Part shown: positions 8,219-16,821 of the stretch, one piece after another
Layout of the letters: each line of letters begins with the position of its first letter
Numbering within the stretch: the first letter of the stretch is position 1
NCBI GenBank assembly: GCA_900768535.1
Contig: CAAGDE010000026.1
Coordinates: forward strand, 50,535 to 114,534
Source of the DNA: Clostridia bacterium
GTDB lineage: Bacteria; Bacillota; Clostridia; Oscillospirales; CAG-272
Direction of reading: 5' to 3'
DNA: 64,000 nt
Notes under the pieces: generated by a model
Told to the model about the DNA's origin: nothing
Seen by the model: the letters and a program-made list of their open reading frames with translations, nothing else
Database searches by the model: none
Translations under genes and position numbers: made by a program

Positions 8219-9232
8219 ATGACAGGAACACAACAACGCCCGGCGCACCTTGGCGGGTGGACGCCGGGACAGCTCTGCTTCGGATTTTTTGCGCTGTTCT
8301 GCCTGCTTCTGATTCTGCGCAATCCGGATACCGCCATTGAATATATGACATCGGGGCTCCGGCTTTGCGCGCGCACCGTCATTCCGTCCCTGTTTCCGTT
8401 CCTGGTGCTCTCGGAGCTGATCGTGTCCGGGGGCATCGGCAGAATCCTGTTGCGCCCGGTGTCGGGTATGCTCTCCCGGCTGTTCCGTCTGCCGGCGGAC
8501 GGCTGCTGTGCCATGCTGCTCGGAATGTTCTGCGGCTTTCCGGTCGGGGCGCGGGCGGCGGTGGGGGCTTACGACCGCGGAACGCTGACGCGGGACGAGA
8601 CGGAGCGCGTGATCTGCGCCTCCACCAACCCGTCCTCGGCGTTCCTGTTCAACGCGGTTGGCGTCTCCCTGCACGGAAACCGGCATTACGGGTCGGTGCT
8701 GTATCTTATCACGCTGGTCTCCGCGCTCCTTGTCGGAATGCTCCTCGCCCGGCTTCCGGTGAAGAACGACCGCGAAACCGGTTTTGTACCGCGGGAGATG
8801 CCCCGCACGCCCCGGAGCGGCGCGCAGTTCTTTACCGACGCCATCCGGAACGCGCTGGGGGGAATGCTGACGGTCTGCGCCTACGTGGTCTTTTTCTCGG
8901 CGTTCTGCGGAACGCTGACCGTGCTTGCCGAGCGGCTCCGGATGCCGGAGAGCCTCCGCGCGGCGGTGTTCTGCCTGTTTGAGCTGTCCGGCGGCGTTTC
9001 GGTTGCCGCATCGCTGACCCCGCCCCGGCTTTCCGCCGCTCTCACCGCGTTCGCCGTGGGGTGGTCGGGGCTGTCGGTCCACTGCCAGGTGCTGTCGGTC
9101 TGCGACGGGCGCGGACTGCGCATGAGACGCTATTTCCTTGCCAAGCTTCTGCACGGCATCCTCACCGCCGCCGGCTTTACGCTTGCCGTGCACCTGTCGC
9201 CGGAGCTGCTGATTCCCTCTGCGTACTGCTGA
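8219..9232 (+). CDS. ylbJ: Sporulation integral membrane protein YlbJ (nucleoside-recognition/gate domain)
   Basis: Polytopic membrane protein with the YlbJ-like N-terminus (ILRNPDTAIEYMTSGLRLCARTVIPSLFPFLVLSE). GGGAGG RBS. Confidence 0.8.
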   Translation: MTGTQQRPAHLGGWTPGQLCFGFFALFCLLLILRNPDTAIEYMTSGLRLCARTVIPSLFPFLVLSELIVSGGIGRILLRPVSGMLSRLFRLPADGCCAMLLGMFCGFPVGARAAVGAYDRGTLTRDETERVICASTNPSSAFLFNAVGVSLHGNRHYGSVLYLITLVSALLVGMLLARLPVKNDRETGFVPREMPRTPRSGAQFFTDAIRNALGGMLTVCAYVVFFSAFCGTLTVLAERLRMPESLRAAVFCLFELSGGVSVAASLTPPRLSAALTAFAVGWSGLSVHCQVLSVCDGRGLRMRRYFLAKLLHGILTAAGFTLAVHLSPELLIPSAYC

Positions 9233-9233
9233 A

Positions 9234-10133
9234 TCAGTCCGGCTGTCCGGCGCTTCTCTGCACCGCAAGAACGGCTTCGGGGAGGTGCGCGACCGTATCC
9301 GAGGCGAGCATGGAAATCTCTCCCTTGTCGCGGGCGGCGAATTCCCCGGCAAGACCGCAGAGGTACGCGCCGAGCGCCACCGTCCGCACATCGGGCGGCA
9401 GATAGCCGAGCAGTCCCGCCAGCACACCGGACAGCACGTCTCCGCTCCCGGCGGTTGCCATACCGGGGCATCCGCGGTCGACCAGGAGGGTGTCCGTCCC
9501 GTCCGTCACCGTTGTGACCGCCCCCTTGAGCAGGAGCGTGACGGCATATCTTTTGGCAAAAGCTTCTGCCGGGGCAGTGGGAGACGCGGCAATTTCCGAA
9601 GCCGTTCTCCCGGTCAGGCGGGCAAATTCTCCGCAGTGCGGGGTAAGCACGACCCGGCAGGACGCCTCCGACAGGCGGTTTGTGCCAAGCTCCGCGAGCG
9701 CCCACAGACCGTCCGCATCAATCACAAGCGAGCCGGTGTAATGCGCCAGGAGCCAGTCCAGAATGCGGATGTTCTCCCGGCTTCTCCCCCACCCCATGCC
9801 GACCGCGACCGCGCGCCGACCGGTGATCAGTGCGGACAGGCCGGGTTCGTCAAACAGCATCTGTCCGTCCCGGTCGGGCATCGGGAACAGGGTGCTTTCG
9901 AGCAGCTGCGGCGCGACAACGGGAGCAAGTGCTGACGGCACGGCAAGCGTGGCAACCCCGCACCCGGCGCGCAGAGCGGACTGCGCAAGATTGGCAAGGC
10001 GCGGCGCACCGGAATACGCCATGCACCCGCCGACAATGGCGATATAACCGTAATCCCCCTTATGGGTATTCCGGTTCCGCGGCGGGAGCAGTGGGGCAAG
10101 CTCGGCGGCGGTTACGCGATGCCGCCCGGTCAC
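9234..10133 (-). CDS. nnrD: ADP-dependent NAD(P)H-hydrate dehydratase (YjeF C-terminal domain only)
   Basis: Motifs HKGDYG...VGG and AGSGDVLSG of the carbohydrate-kinase-fold dehydratase. Confidence 0.85.
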   Translation of the reverse strand: MTGRHRVTAAELAPLLPPRNRNTHKGDYGYIAIVGGCMAYSGAPRLANLAQSALRAGCGVATLAVPSALAPVVAPQLLESTLFPMPDRDGQMLFDEPGLSALITGRRAVAVGMGWGRSRENIRILDWLLAHYTGSLVIDADGLWALAELGTNRLSEASCRVVLTPHCGEFARLTGRTASEIAASPTAPAEAFAKRYAVTLLLKGAVTTVTDGTDTLLVDRGCPGMATAGSGDVLSGVLAGLLGYLPPDVRTVALGAYLCGLAGEFAARDKGEISMLASDTVAHLPEAVLAVQRSAGQPD

Positions 10134-10555
10134 GGTGCACCCTCCCCGGACGCCATCGCATCGGCGGTGAAGGACTCCGGCAGAAGTGCCCCCAGCGTCA
10201 TCCGGCGGACCGTTTTCCCGTCCGAGAGCAGAACCGGGAAATCCCCCGCGCAGAATTCCGCCAGTGCCTGCCGGCAGACCCCGCAGGGCGGGCAGAAGCG
10301 GTCACCCGCCGCGCCGGAGCGCCCGCCCATGACCGCAATCGCCGCAAACTGCCGCTTTCCCGCACGAACCGCCGCAAAAAGCGCCGCGCGCTCGGCACAG
10401 CAGGTCACGGAATAGGATGCATTCTCGACATTGCACCCGGTCTCCACCGTTCCGTCCGCACACAGCAGTGCCGCACCGACGGAGAAGCCAGAATAAGGCG
10501 CATAGGCGTTCGCTCTTGCCTGCTCCGCCAGACGGATCAGTTCTTTTTCCTTCAT
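10130..10555 (-). CDS. cdd: Cytidine deaminase
   Basis: Zn ligand motifs CAERAA and CPPCGVCRQ. 141 aa. Confidence 0.93.
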   Translation of the reverse strand: MKEKELIRLAEQARANAYAPYSGFSVGAALLCADGTVETGCNVENASYSVTCCAERAALFAAVRAGKRQFAAIAVMGGRSGAAGDRFCPPCGVCRQALAEFCAGDFPVLLSDGKTVRRMTLGALLPESFTADAMASGEGAP

Positions 10556-11727
10556 GACATGACCTCCCCCGAAAAATCGGCGGCACCGAACGAACCCTTG
10601 GCACCGAGGAAGCCGAGAACGCTTTCGGCAACGTCCCCGAAGCCGTCTCTTGTGCCGAGCGCCGCCGGACGGATGCCCTGCCCCGCAACCAGGAGCGGCA
10701 CGTATTCGCGCGTGTGATCGGTGCTGACATCGCCGGGATCACAGCCGTGGTCGGCAGTCAGAATCAGCACGTCATCCGGGCGCATTCCGGGCAGGAATCC
10801 GGCAAGCCATGCGTCAAAGCGGGTCAGCGCGGCGGCGTAACCGTGCGCATCGTTGCGGTGTCCGTACAGCATATCGAAGTCCACCAGATTGACAAAGCAA
10901 AGACCGTGAAAATCGCGCTGTGCCAGTTCCCCGGTTACCGCCATGCCCTCCTCGTTTCCGTGCGTCCGGATCGCCTCCGTAAAGCCGCGACCGGCAAAAA
11001 TATCGATGATCTTCCCGACTGACAGCACGTCATACCCCGCCGCCTTCAGGACATCCGGCAGGACCGGCTCCGGCGGCTCCAGGGAAAAATCGCGCCGGTC
11101 GGCGGACACCCGTTCGAAGTCCGCTGCGCTGTGCCCGACAAACGGGCGGGCGATGACGCGTCCCACCGCAAGCTCCCCCGTCAGCAGTCCGCGCGCCTGC
11201 CGGCAGACGGCATACAGCTCCTCCGGCGGAACGACCGCTTCATGCGCCGCGACCTGAAACACGCTGTCCGCCGAGGTGTAGACGATCAGCTTCCCCGTGC
11301 GCAGATGCTCCTCTCCGTAGTCGCGGATAACCTCTGTCCCGGAGTACGGAAGATTGCAAAGAACGCCCCGCCCGGTCAGCGCGGAAAAGCGGTCGAGCAG
11401 TGCCTGCGGGAAGCCGTGGGGAAAGGTCGGCATCGGTCGGGAGGATACGTGCCCGGCGATCTCCCAGTGTCCGATGGTGGTGTCCTTCCCCGCCGAGCGC
11501 TCGCGCATTCTTCCGTATGCACCGGCGGGTTGCGCCTCGGCACCGAGAAAATCCAAGCCCTCAATGCACCCGATTCCCAGTCGCCGCAGGGTCGGGATCC
11601 GCAGCATTCCCGTTTCGTGGATGCTGCGGAGAGTGTTGGCACCGCTGTCCCCGAACGCCGCCGCATCGGGCGCTTCTCCGGCACCGAGGCTGTCCAGGAC
11701 GATCAGAAAGACCCGTTTTGCCGTCAT
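10552..11727 (-). CDS. deoB: Phosphopentomutase
   Basis: Starts MTAKRVFLIVLDSLGAGEAPDA, 391 aa, with an ATGA overlap to the deoC stop. The upstream part of the 589-aa ORF overlaps deoC out of frame. Confidence 0.92.
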   Translation of the reverse strand: MTAKRVFLIVLDSLGAGEAPDAAAFGDSGANTLRSIHETGMLRIPTLRRLGIGCIEGLDFLGAEAQPAGAYGRMRERSAGKDTTIGHWEIAGHVSSRPMPTFPHGFPQALLDRFSALTGRGVLCNLPYSGTEVIRDYGEEHLRTGKLIVYTSADSVFQVAAHEAVVPPEELYAVCRQARGLLTGELAVGRVIARPFVGHSAADFERVSADRRDFSLEPPEPVLPDVLKAAGYDVLSVGKIIDIFAGRGFTEAIRTHGNEEGMAVTGELAQRDFHGLCFVNLVDFDMLYGHRNDAHGYAAALTRFDAWLAGFLPGMRPDDVLILTADHGCDPGDVSTDHTREYVPLLVAGQGIRPAALGTRDGFGDVAESVLGFLGAKGSFGAADFSGEVMS

Positions 11728-12380
11728 GCCTCCGCCTCCTTTGCCAGCCTGACCAGCGCGCTGGTGCCCAGCCGGTCGGCGCCGAGGGAAAGGTACCGCT
11801 CCGCATCCGCGAACGACCGGATTCCGCCCGCCGCCTTGATTTTCAGGTGCGCGGGACGGTGCCCGGCAAACAGCGCAATGTCCTCCGGCGTGGCGCCGCC
11901 CGATGAAAAACCGGTGGAGGTCTTGATATAGTCCGCCCCGCTGTCCCCGACAATGCCGCACATCCGGATCTTTTCCTGTTCGGTCAGAAGACAGGTTTCG
12001 ACAATCACCTTCAGAATCTTCCCCGGACACGCCGCACGCACCGCACGGATCTCCCGCAAAACCGCCTCGTATTCCCGCGCCCGGAGCCAGCCGATATTGA
12101 TGACCATATCGATCTCGTCCGCCCCGTTTTTCACGGCATCGGCGGTCTCGAACACCTTTGCCGCCGTTGTGCCGTAGCCGTTCGGAAACCCGATGACCGT
12201 GCAGACCGGCAGTCTGCCGCCCAGGTACTCCGCCGCCCGGGCGACATACACCGGGGGAATGCAGACCGACGCGGTATGATAGCGCAGACCGTCCTCGCAC
12301 AGTGCGCGGATGTCCTCCCATGTGGCGGTCTGCTTCAGATCGGTATGATCCACGTGCGAAAGAATGCTTGCAATTTTCAT
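11724..12380 (-). CDS. deoC: Deoxyribose-phosphate aldolase
   Basis: Catalytic-Lys contexts YIKTSTGF and LKIKAAGGIR. Start at MKIASIL with a GGAAGG RBS. Confidence 0.92.
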   Translation of the reverse strand: MKIASILSHVDHTDLKQTATWEDIRALCEDGLRYHTASVCIPPVYVARAAEYLGGRLPVCTVIGFPNGYGTTAAKVFETADAVKNGADEIDMVINIGWLRAREYEAVLREIRAVRAACPGKILKVIVETCLLTEQEKIRMCGIVGDSGADYIKTSTGFSSGGATPEDIALFAGHRPAHLKIKAAGGIRSFADAERYLSLGADRLGTSALVRLAKEAEA

Positions 12381-12413
12381 CCTATCACCCTTCCTTCCTG
12401 TATCGGTACTATT

Positions 12414-12442
12414 ATTATACCATTCTTTTCCGGGATTCGCAA
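12414..12442 (-). promoter_or_regulatory. Sigma-A-type promoter of the deoC-deoB-cdd-nnrD operon
   Basis: On the minus strand, TTGCGA-17 nt-TATAAT, about 35 nt upstream of the deoC ATG. Confidence 0.5.
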
Positions 12443-12711
12443 GGGAAATCCGAATTTTTTTACATTGGGAAAGGGCGGAAACGGCGAGCGCACCCACGTA
12501 CGGAACGCCCGTCTCCACGCAAGTCCGTGACAGATGCCGCCGGAGCGGGCTTCCTGTTTTTTCCGAATCCCCCGGTTTCAGGAATTCGGCTTTCCTGCGA
12601 CATCCTTGTCTATCGGTAAATGATACAAAAAACAGCCCCCTTACCACCGGAAAATTCTCCCTCGTATGCTTTTTCACAAAAAAAAGAGCCGAAGTTTGTC
12701 AGAATTCCTAA

Positions 12712-12740
12712 TTTACAAATCGTCCGTTTTGCGGTATAAT
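12712..12740 (+). promoter_or_regulatory. Near-consensus promoter (TTTACA-17-TATAAT) about 290 nt upstream of lon
   Basis: TTTACA at 12712-12717 and TATAAT at 12735-12740. Followed by hairpins and a T8 tract at 12943-12950. Confidence 0.5.
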
Positions 12741-12960
12741 AATTATGCTGTCGGCAATAGCCGGCAGGTTCCCTTTGTTGCACACTGCGAGTCCTGTTTT
12801 CTGCGAAATGTCAATCTCATGACATCCCTGCGCGGAGCCGGCAAGTTCGGTGTGCAATTTTATGTTCTTATTTTTCATCATTTTTAGCAGTTAAATCGGA
12901 GAAAGACACCTCAAAAAACGCAAAAGTTGCGCTTCGGGGGGATTTTTTTTCGGAAATCTA

Positions 12961-12989
12961 TAGAAATCACGAAAGAAATGTGGTATAAT
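12961..12989 (+). promoter_or_regulatory. Proximal lon promoter with extended -10
   Basis: TAGAAA-17-TATAAT with TGgTATAAT at 12981-12989, about 45 nt before the lon ATG. Confidence 0.45.
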
Positions 12990-13031
12990 ACTATATAAGT
13001 ATATTTGTAATGTTTCCCGAAAGGATACCTC

Positions 13032-15446
13032 ATGTCCGCATATATCGAAACCGCAGAACAACTCACGCTCCCGGTTGTTGCCCTGCACGGCACGGTCTGC
13101 TTCCCGTCCCTGCCCATCAATTTTGAGGCTTGTGACGATGCGTCCGCCGCCGCGCTCAAGGCGGCAGTCTCCAGCGGCGGTACGGTCCTCCTGGTCTGTA
13201 CCTCCGAGATCATCCCCGCCAGCACCGCGCCGGAGCTTTCCCAATTATACAAGGTCGGAACCGTCGCCAAGATCAAACAGATGCTCCGCGCCCCGGAGGG
13301 GGCGGTGCGGGTCATTGCCGAGGGAATCAGCCGTGCAACGGTGACGGACTACCGCAGATCCGGAGAGATCATCGAAGCATCCATGGTCTGCAAGCGCTTC
13401 AGGCTGACGAATCCGACCGCCCGCACAGAGGCGTACACCCGCGAGCTGTTGGACGCACTGGAGGAAAGCCTTTCCTTCCTGCCCGCCGGCTCGGAGGATC
13501 TGATGACCACGGCGGAGAGCATTGACGACCCCGGACTGCTTGCCGATTTCATCGCCGCCGGTGTCCTCTCCCGCCCGGCAGACAAGCAGACCGTCCTGGA
13601 GCATTTCGATCCGGTTGCCCGCACGGAGCAGCTGCTGGTCATTCTCGCGCAGGAAGCGACCGTCATGGAGGAGGAATCCCGCCTGCGCCGGAAGGTCAAC
13701 GCGCGGATGAACAAAAATCAGCGCGAATACTATCTGCGCGAGCAGATGAAGGTCATTGAAGAGGAGCTGGGAGAAGGCTCCGACTACGAGGAATACACCG
13801 CGAAGATCAAACAGGCGGCACTCCCGCCGGAGGTGGAAAAGAAGCTGATCCGGGAAACGGAGCGTCTCTCCAAGGCGCCGTTCGGCTCGGCGGAAGCCAC
13901 CGTCATCGCCAACTATCTGGATGTGTGCCTGGATATTCCGTGGAAAAAGGCAACCAGGGACCGGCTGCAGTTCGCCGCCGTGGAAAAAACACTGGATGCC
14001 GACCATTACGGGCTGGAAAAGGTCAAGGAGCGCATCGTCGAATACATCGCCGCCAAACAGCAGAGCCCTGAGCTGCGCGGGCAGATTCTCTGCCTGGTGG
14101 GACCTCCCGGCGTCGGAAAAACGTCCGTTGCCGCATCGGTCGCGCGGGCGCTGAACCGCAAGTATGTGCGCATTTCCCTGGGCGGCGTGCGGGATGAAGC
14201 GGATATCCGCGGACACCGAAAGACCTATATCGGCGCCATGCCGGGGCGGATCATCCATGCCCTGACACAGGCGGGCGTGAAGAATCCGCTGATCCTGCTG
14301 GACGAGATCGACAAGATGAGCCGGGACGGACACGGCGACCCCACCTCCGCCATGCTGGAGGTGCTGGACGGCGAGCAGAACAAAGCCTTCCGCGACCATT
14401 TCGTGGAGCTGCCCTTCGACCTCTCCGACTGTATGTTCATCGCCACGGCGAACAACCTGGAGAATATCCCCCGCCCGCTGGCTGACCGCATGGAAATCAT
14501 TGAACTGGGGATTTACACCAGGCGCGAAAAGCTGGAGATTGCAAAAAGACACCTGATCCCGAAACAGCTGACACGGCACAATCTGTCCCGCCGCACACTG
14601 AAATTCACCGATGCGGCGGTGCTGGAAATCATCGACTATTACACGCGGGAAGCCGGCGTGCGGAGCCTGGAGCGCACCGTTGCAAAGATCTGCCGCAAGG
14701 CGGTCCGGGAACTGCTCTCCGAGCCGGAAAAGAAGCACATCACGGTGGATGCACCGGACGTCAAAGCCTATCTCGGTGCGCGCAAGCTCCTGCCGGATAC
14801 GGTGGAGGATACGGACGAGGTCGGCTGTGTGAACGGGCTTGCATACACCGAGCTGGGAGGGACCGTGCTGCGGGTCGAGGTCGCGGTTCTGGAAGGAACC
14901 GGCAAGATCGAGACCACCGGGTCGCTCGGCGACGTGATGAAGGAATCGGCGCACATCGCCGTCAGCTATGTGCGGTCGGTGGCAAAGCAGTACGGCATTC
15001 CGACCGACTTCTATAAAACCAAGGATATTCATATCCACTTCCCCGAAGGCGCGGTCCCCAAGGACGGTCCTTCCGCCGGGGTGACCATGGTCACGGCACT
15101 GGTCAGCGCGCTGTCCGGCAGACCGGTGCGGCACGAGGTTGCCATGACAGGAGAAATCAGCCTGCGCGGACGGGTTCTGCCCATCGGCGGACTGAAGGAA
15201 AAAACCATGGCGGCGTACGCGGCGGGTGCTACAACCGTGCTGATTCCCGCCGACAATCTGCGCGATATGGAGGAGCTGGATCCCATGGCGCGCGAGGGGC
15301 TGATTTTTGTCCCCTGCCGGACGGCGGACGAGGTGCTGCGGAACGCACTGGTCCCGGAAGCCGCACCGGATGCGGAAGCGGTTGCCGCAGGACGGTTCAT
15401 CCCGACGGCGCAGAATGTCCCGCAGCTGCGATTTTCAAAGAACTGA
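13032..15446 (+). CDS. lon: ATP-dependent Lon protease
   Basis: LON N-domain, Walker A GPPGVGKTS and catalytic Ser context PKDGPSAG. 804 aa. Confidence 0.96.
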   Translation: MSAYIETAEQLTLPVVALHGTVCFPSLPINFEACDDASAAALKAAVSSGGTVLLVCTSEIIPASTAPELSQLYKVGTVAKIKQMLRAPEGAVRVIAEGISRATVTDYRRSGEIIEASMVCKRFRLTNPTARTEAYTRELLDALEESLSFLPAGSEDLMTTAESIDDPGLLADFIAAGVLSRPADKQTVLEHFDPVARTEQLLVILAQEATVMEEESRLRRKVNARMNKNQREYYLREQMKVIEEELGEGSDYEEYTAKIKQAALPPEVEKKLIRETERLSKAPFGSAEATVIANYLDVCLDIPWKKATRDRLQFAAVEKTLDADHYGLEKVKERIVEYIAAKQQSPELRGQILCLVGPPGVGKTSVAASVARALNRKYVRISLGGVRDEADIRGHRKTYIGAMPGRIIHALTQAGVKNPLILLDEIDKMSRDGHGDPTSAMLEVLDGEQNKAFRDHFVELPFDLSDCMFIATANNLENIPRPLADRMEIIELGIYTRREKLEIAKRHLIPKQLTRHNLSRRTLKFTDAAVLEIIDYYTREAGVRSLERTVAKICRKAVRELLSEPEKKHITVDAPDVKAYLGARKLLPDTVEDTDEVGCVNGLAYTELGGTVLRVEVAVLEGTGKIETTGSLGDVMKESAHIAVSYVRSVAKQYGIPTDFYKTKDIHIHFPEGAVPKDGPSAGVTMVTALVSALSGRPVRHEVAMTGEISLRGRVLPIGGLKEKTMAAYAAGATTVLIPADNLRDMEELDPMAREGLIFVPCRTADEVLRNALVPEAAPDAEAVAAGRFIPTAQNVPQLRFSKN

Positions 15447-15458
15447 GGGTCTCCGAAT

Positions 15459-16067
15459 ATGTCCATCAATCTCAACCGGGTCGGGCTCCGCATCAGCGCG
15501 GGGCAACCGAACCAATTCCCTGCGGCGCCGGTTCCGCAGGTCGCCTTTTCCGGACGCTCCAATGTCGGAAAAAGCTCCCTGGTCAACTGTCTTCTGGGCA
15601 GAAAATCGCTGGCACGGGTCAGCTCGGCACCGGGAAAGACCGTCACCGTCAACTTCTATGACATTGACGGCAAGCTGTTCTTCGTGGATTTGCCCGGCTA
15701 CGGTTTTGCAAAGCGCCGCCCGGAGGAACGGGAGCAGTGGTCGGCGCTGACGGACGGGTATTTTACAAAGAACAAACACGCGGATCTGCTCCGGCTGGTA
15801 ATCCAGCTGATCGACAGCCGCGTGGGGCCGACCGGGGACGACGAAATGATGCTCTCCTATCTGCGCACGACCGGCACACCGTTTCTCGTGGCGGCTACCA
15901 AAGCGGATAAGCTGAACGCGACCGAACGGGAGGCGTCGGAAATACGCCTGCGCACGCACCCGCTGATCCCGGCGGACACCGTCATCCTCTTCACCTCCTC
16001 CGAAAAAGGAGAAGGCAGAACCGAGCTGTGGCGCCTGATTGCGGACTATACCGGCGTCAGACTCTGA
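15459..16067 (+). CDS. engB: Ribosome-biogenesis GTPase EngB/YsxC
   Basis: G1 GRSNVGKSS and G3 DLPGYGF. Conserved lon-engB adjacency. Confidence 0.9.
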   Translation: MSINLNRVGLRISAGQPNQFPAAPVPQVAFSGRSNVGKSSLVNCLLGRKSLARVSSAPGKTVTVNFYDIDGKLFFVDLPGYGFAKRRPEEREQWSALTDGYFTKNKHADLLRLVIQLIDSRVGPTGDDEMMLSYLRTTGTPFLVAATKADKLNATEREASEIRLRTHPLIPADTVILFTSSEKGEGRTELWRLIADYTGVRL

Positions 16068-16090
16068 CGGGAAGAAAGGAACCGGAACGA

Positions 16091-16801
16091 ATGCTCTTTA
16101 CACTTCTTCAAAGCAGAGATCCGCTGGAGGCGATTCTCTCTCTCCTGCTGACCCTGCCGATCATGCTCCTGGCACTCTCCCTGCACGAAACCGCGCACGG
16201 CTGGGTGGCATGGCGCTGCGGCGATCCGACCGCAAGGAACCTCGGACGCCTGACACTCAACCCGCTCAAGCACCTGGATCCGATGGGACTGATCTTTCTG
16301 ATGGTCTTCGGCTACGGCTGGGCAAAGCCGGTGCCGATCAACACCCGCTACTTCCGCAAGCCGAAGCGCGACATGGCGCTGACGGCGGCGGCGGGACCTG
16401 CGGCAAATCTGCTCCTGGGGCTGGTCAATGCGGTGCTGTTCGGTATCTTTTGGGGACTGTCCCTGGCACAGTCCGCACTGGGCGCCGCGGGAACGCTCGT
16501 CATCTTCCTCTCCGTCCTCAGCGAAACCTTTTTCTACGCGGCGGCAATCAACTTCATGTTCATGCTGTTCAATCTGATCCCCGTTCCGCCCTTTGACGGC
16601 TCACGGATCGCGCTGGCATTCCTGCCGGAAAAGCTCTATTTCGGCATCATGCGCTATGAGCGGCAGATCATGATCGTCCTGCTGATCGCCATGCTGGTGC
16701 TCTCCCGGTTCGGCTACTCCCCCATCGGGTATGTCGCAAGCCGGCTGCCGAATCTGATCGGGCGACCGATCGCACAGGGAATTCTTGATCTCATTGTCTG
16801 A
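16091..16801 (+). CDS. Site-2-protease-family (M50) membrane metalloprotease
   Basis: HExxH motif HETAHG and multiple TM helices. Start chosen at MLFTLL, downstream of the engB stop. Confidence 0.8.
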   Translation: MLFTLLQSRDPLEAILSLLLTLPIMLLALSLHETAHGWVAWRCGDPTARNLGRLTLNPLKHLDPMGLIFLMVFGYGWAKPVPINTRYFRKPKRDMALTAAAGPAANLLLGLVNAVLFGIFWGLSLAQSALGAAGTLVIFLSVLSETFFYAAAINFMFMLFNLIPVPPFDGSRIALAFLPEKLYFGIMRYERQIMIVLLIAMLVLSRFGYSPIGYVASRLPNLIGRPIAQGILDLIV

Positions 16802-16821
16802 TTTTTACACCGAGGTATTGC

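Noticed and set aside
10552-12321. 589-aa ORF suggesting a fused deoB with a long N-terminal domain. Similar 5' extensions appear in the track for recO, era, ybeY, recQ, prs, rsfS, ftsY, smc and the citrate synthase.
   Set aside because: The extensions overlap the upstream gene or intergenic repeats. Internal ATG or GTG codons with proper RBS give products of canonical length.
12708-12881. 57-aa minus-strand ORF (MMKNKNIKLHTELAGSAQGCHEIDISQKTGLAVCNKGNLPAIADSIIIIPQNGRFVN) in the deoC-lon gap.
   Set aside because: No Shine-Dalgarno lies within 20 nt of the ATG and I recognise no family. It overlaps the plus-strand promoter and hairpins, which explain the sequence at least as well. Ribosome profiling could revive it.
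12886-12912. TTAGCAG... resembling the left half of a CIRCE (HrcA) operator upstream of lon.
   Set aside because: No matching right half (GAGTGCTAA) lies 9 nt downstream.
13245-15134. 629-aa minus-strand ORF inside lon. The same class includes 5580-6941, 8177-9427, 16714-18207, 19862-21625, 29149-31374 and 33228-34247.
   Set aside because: All are antisense to, or frame-shifted against, genes with clear family motifs. They lack RBS and start context and have skewed R/G/P/H composition.
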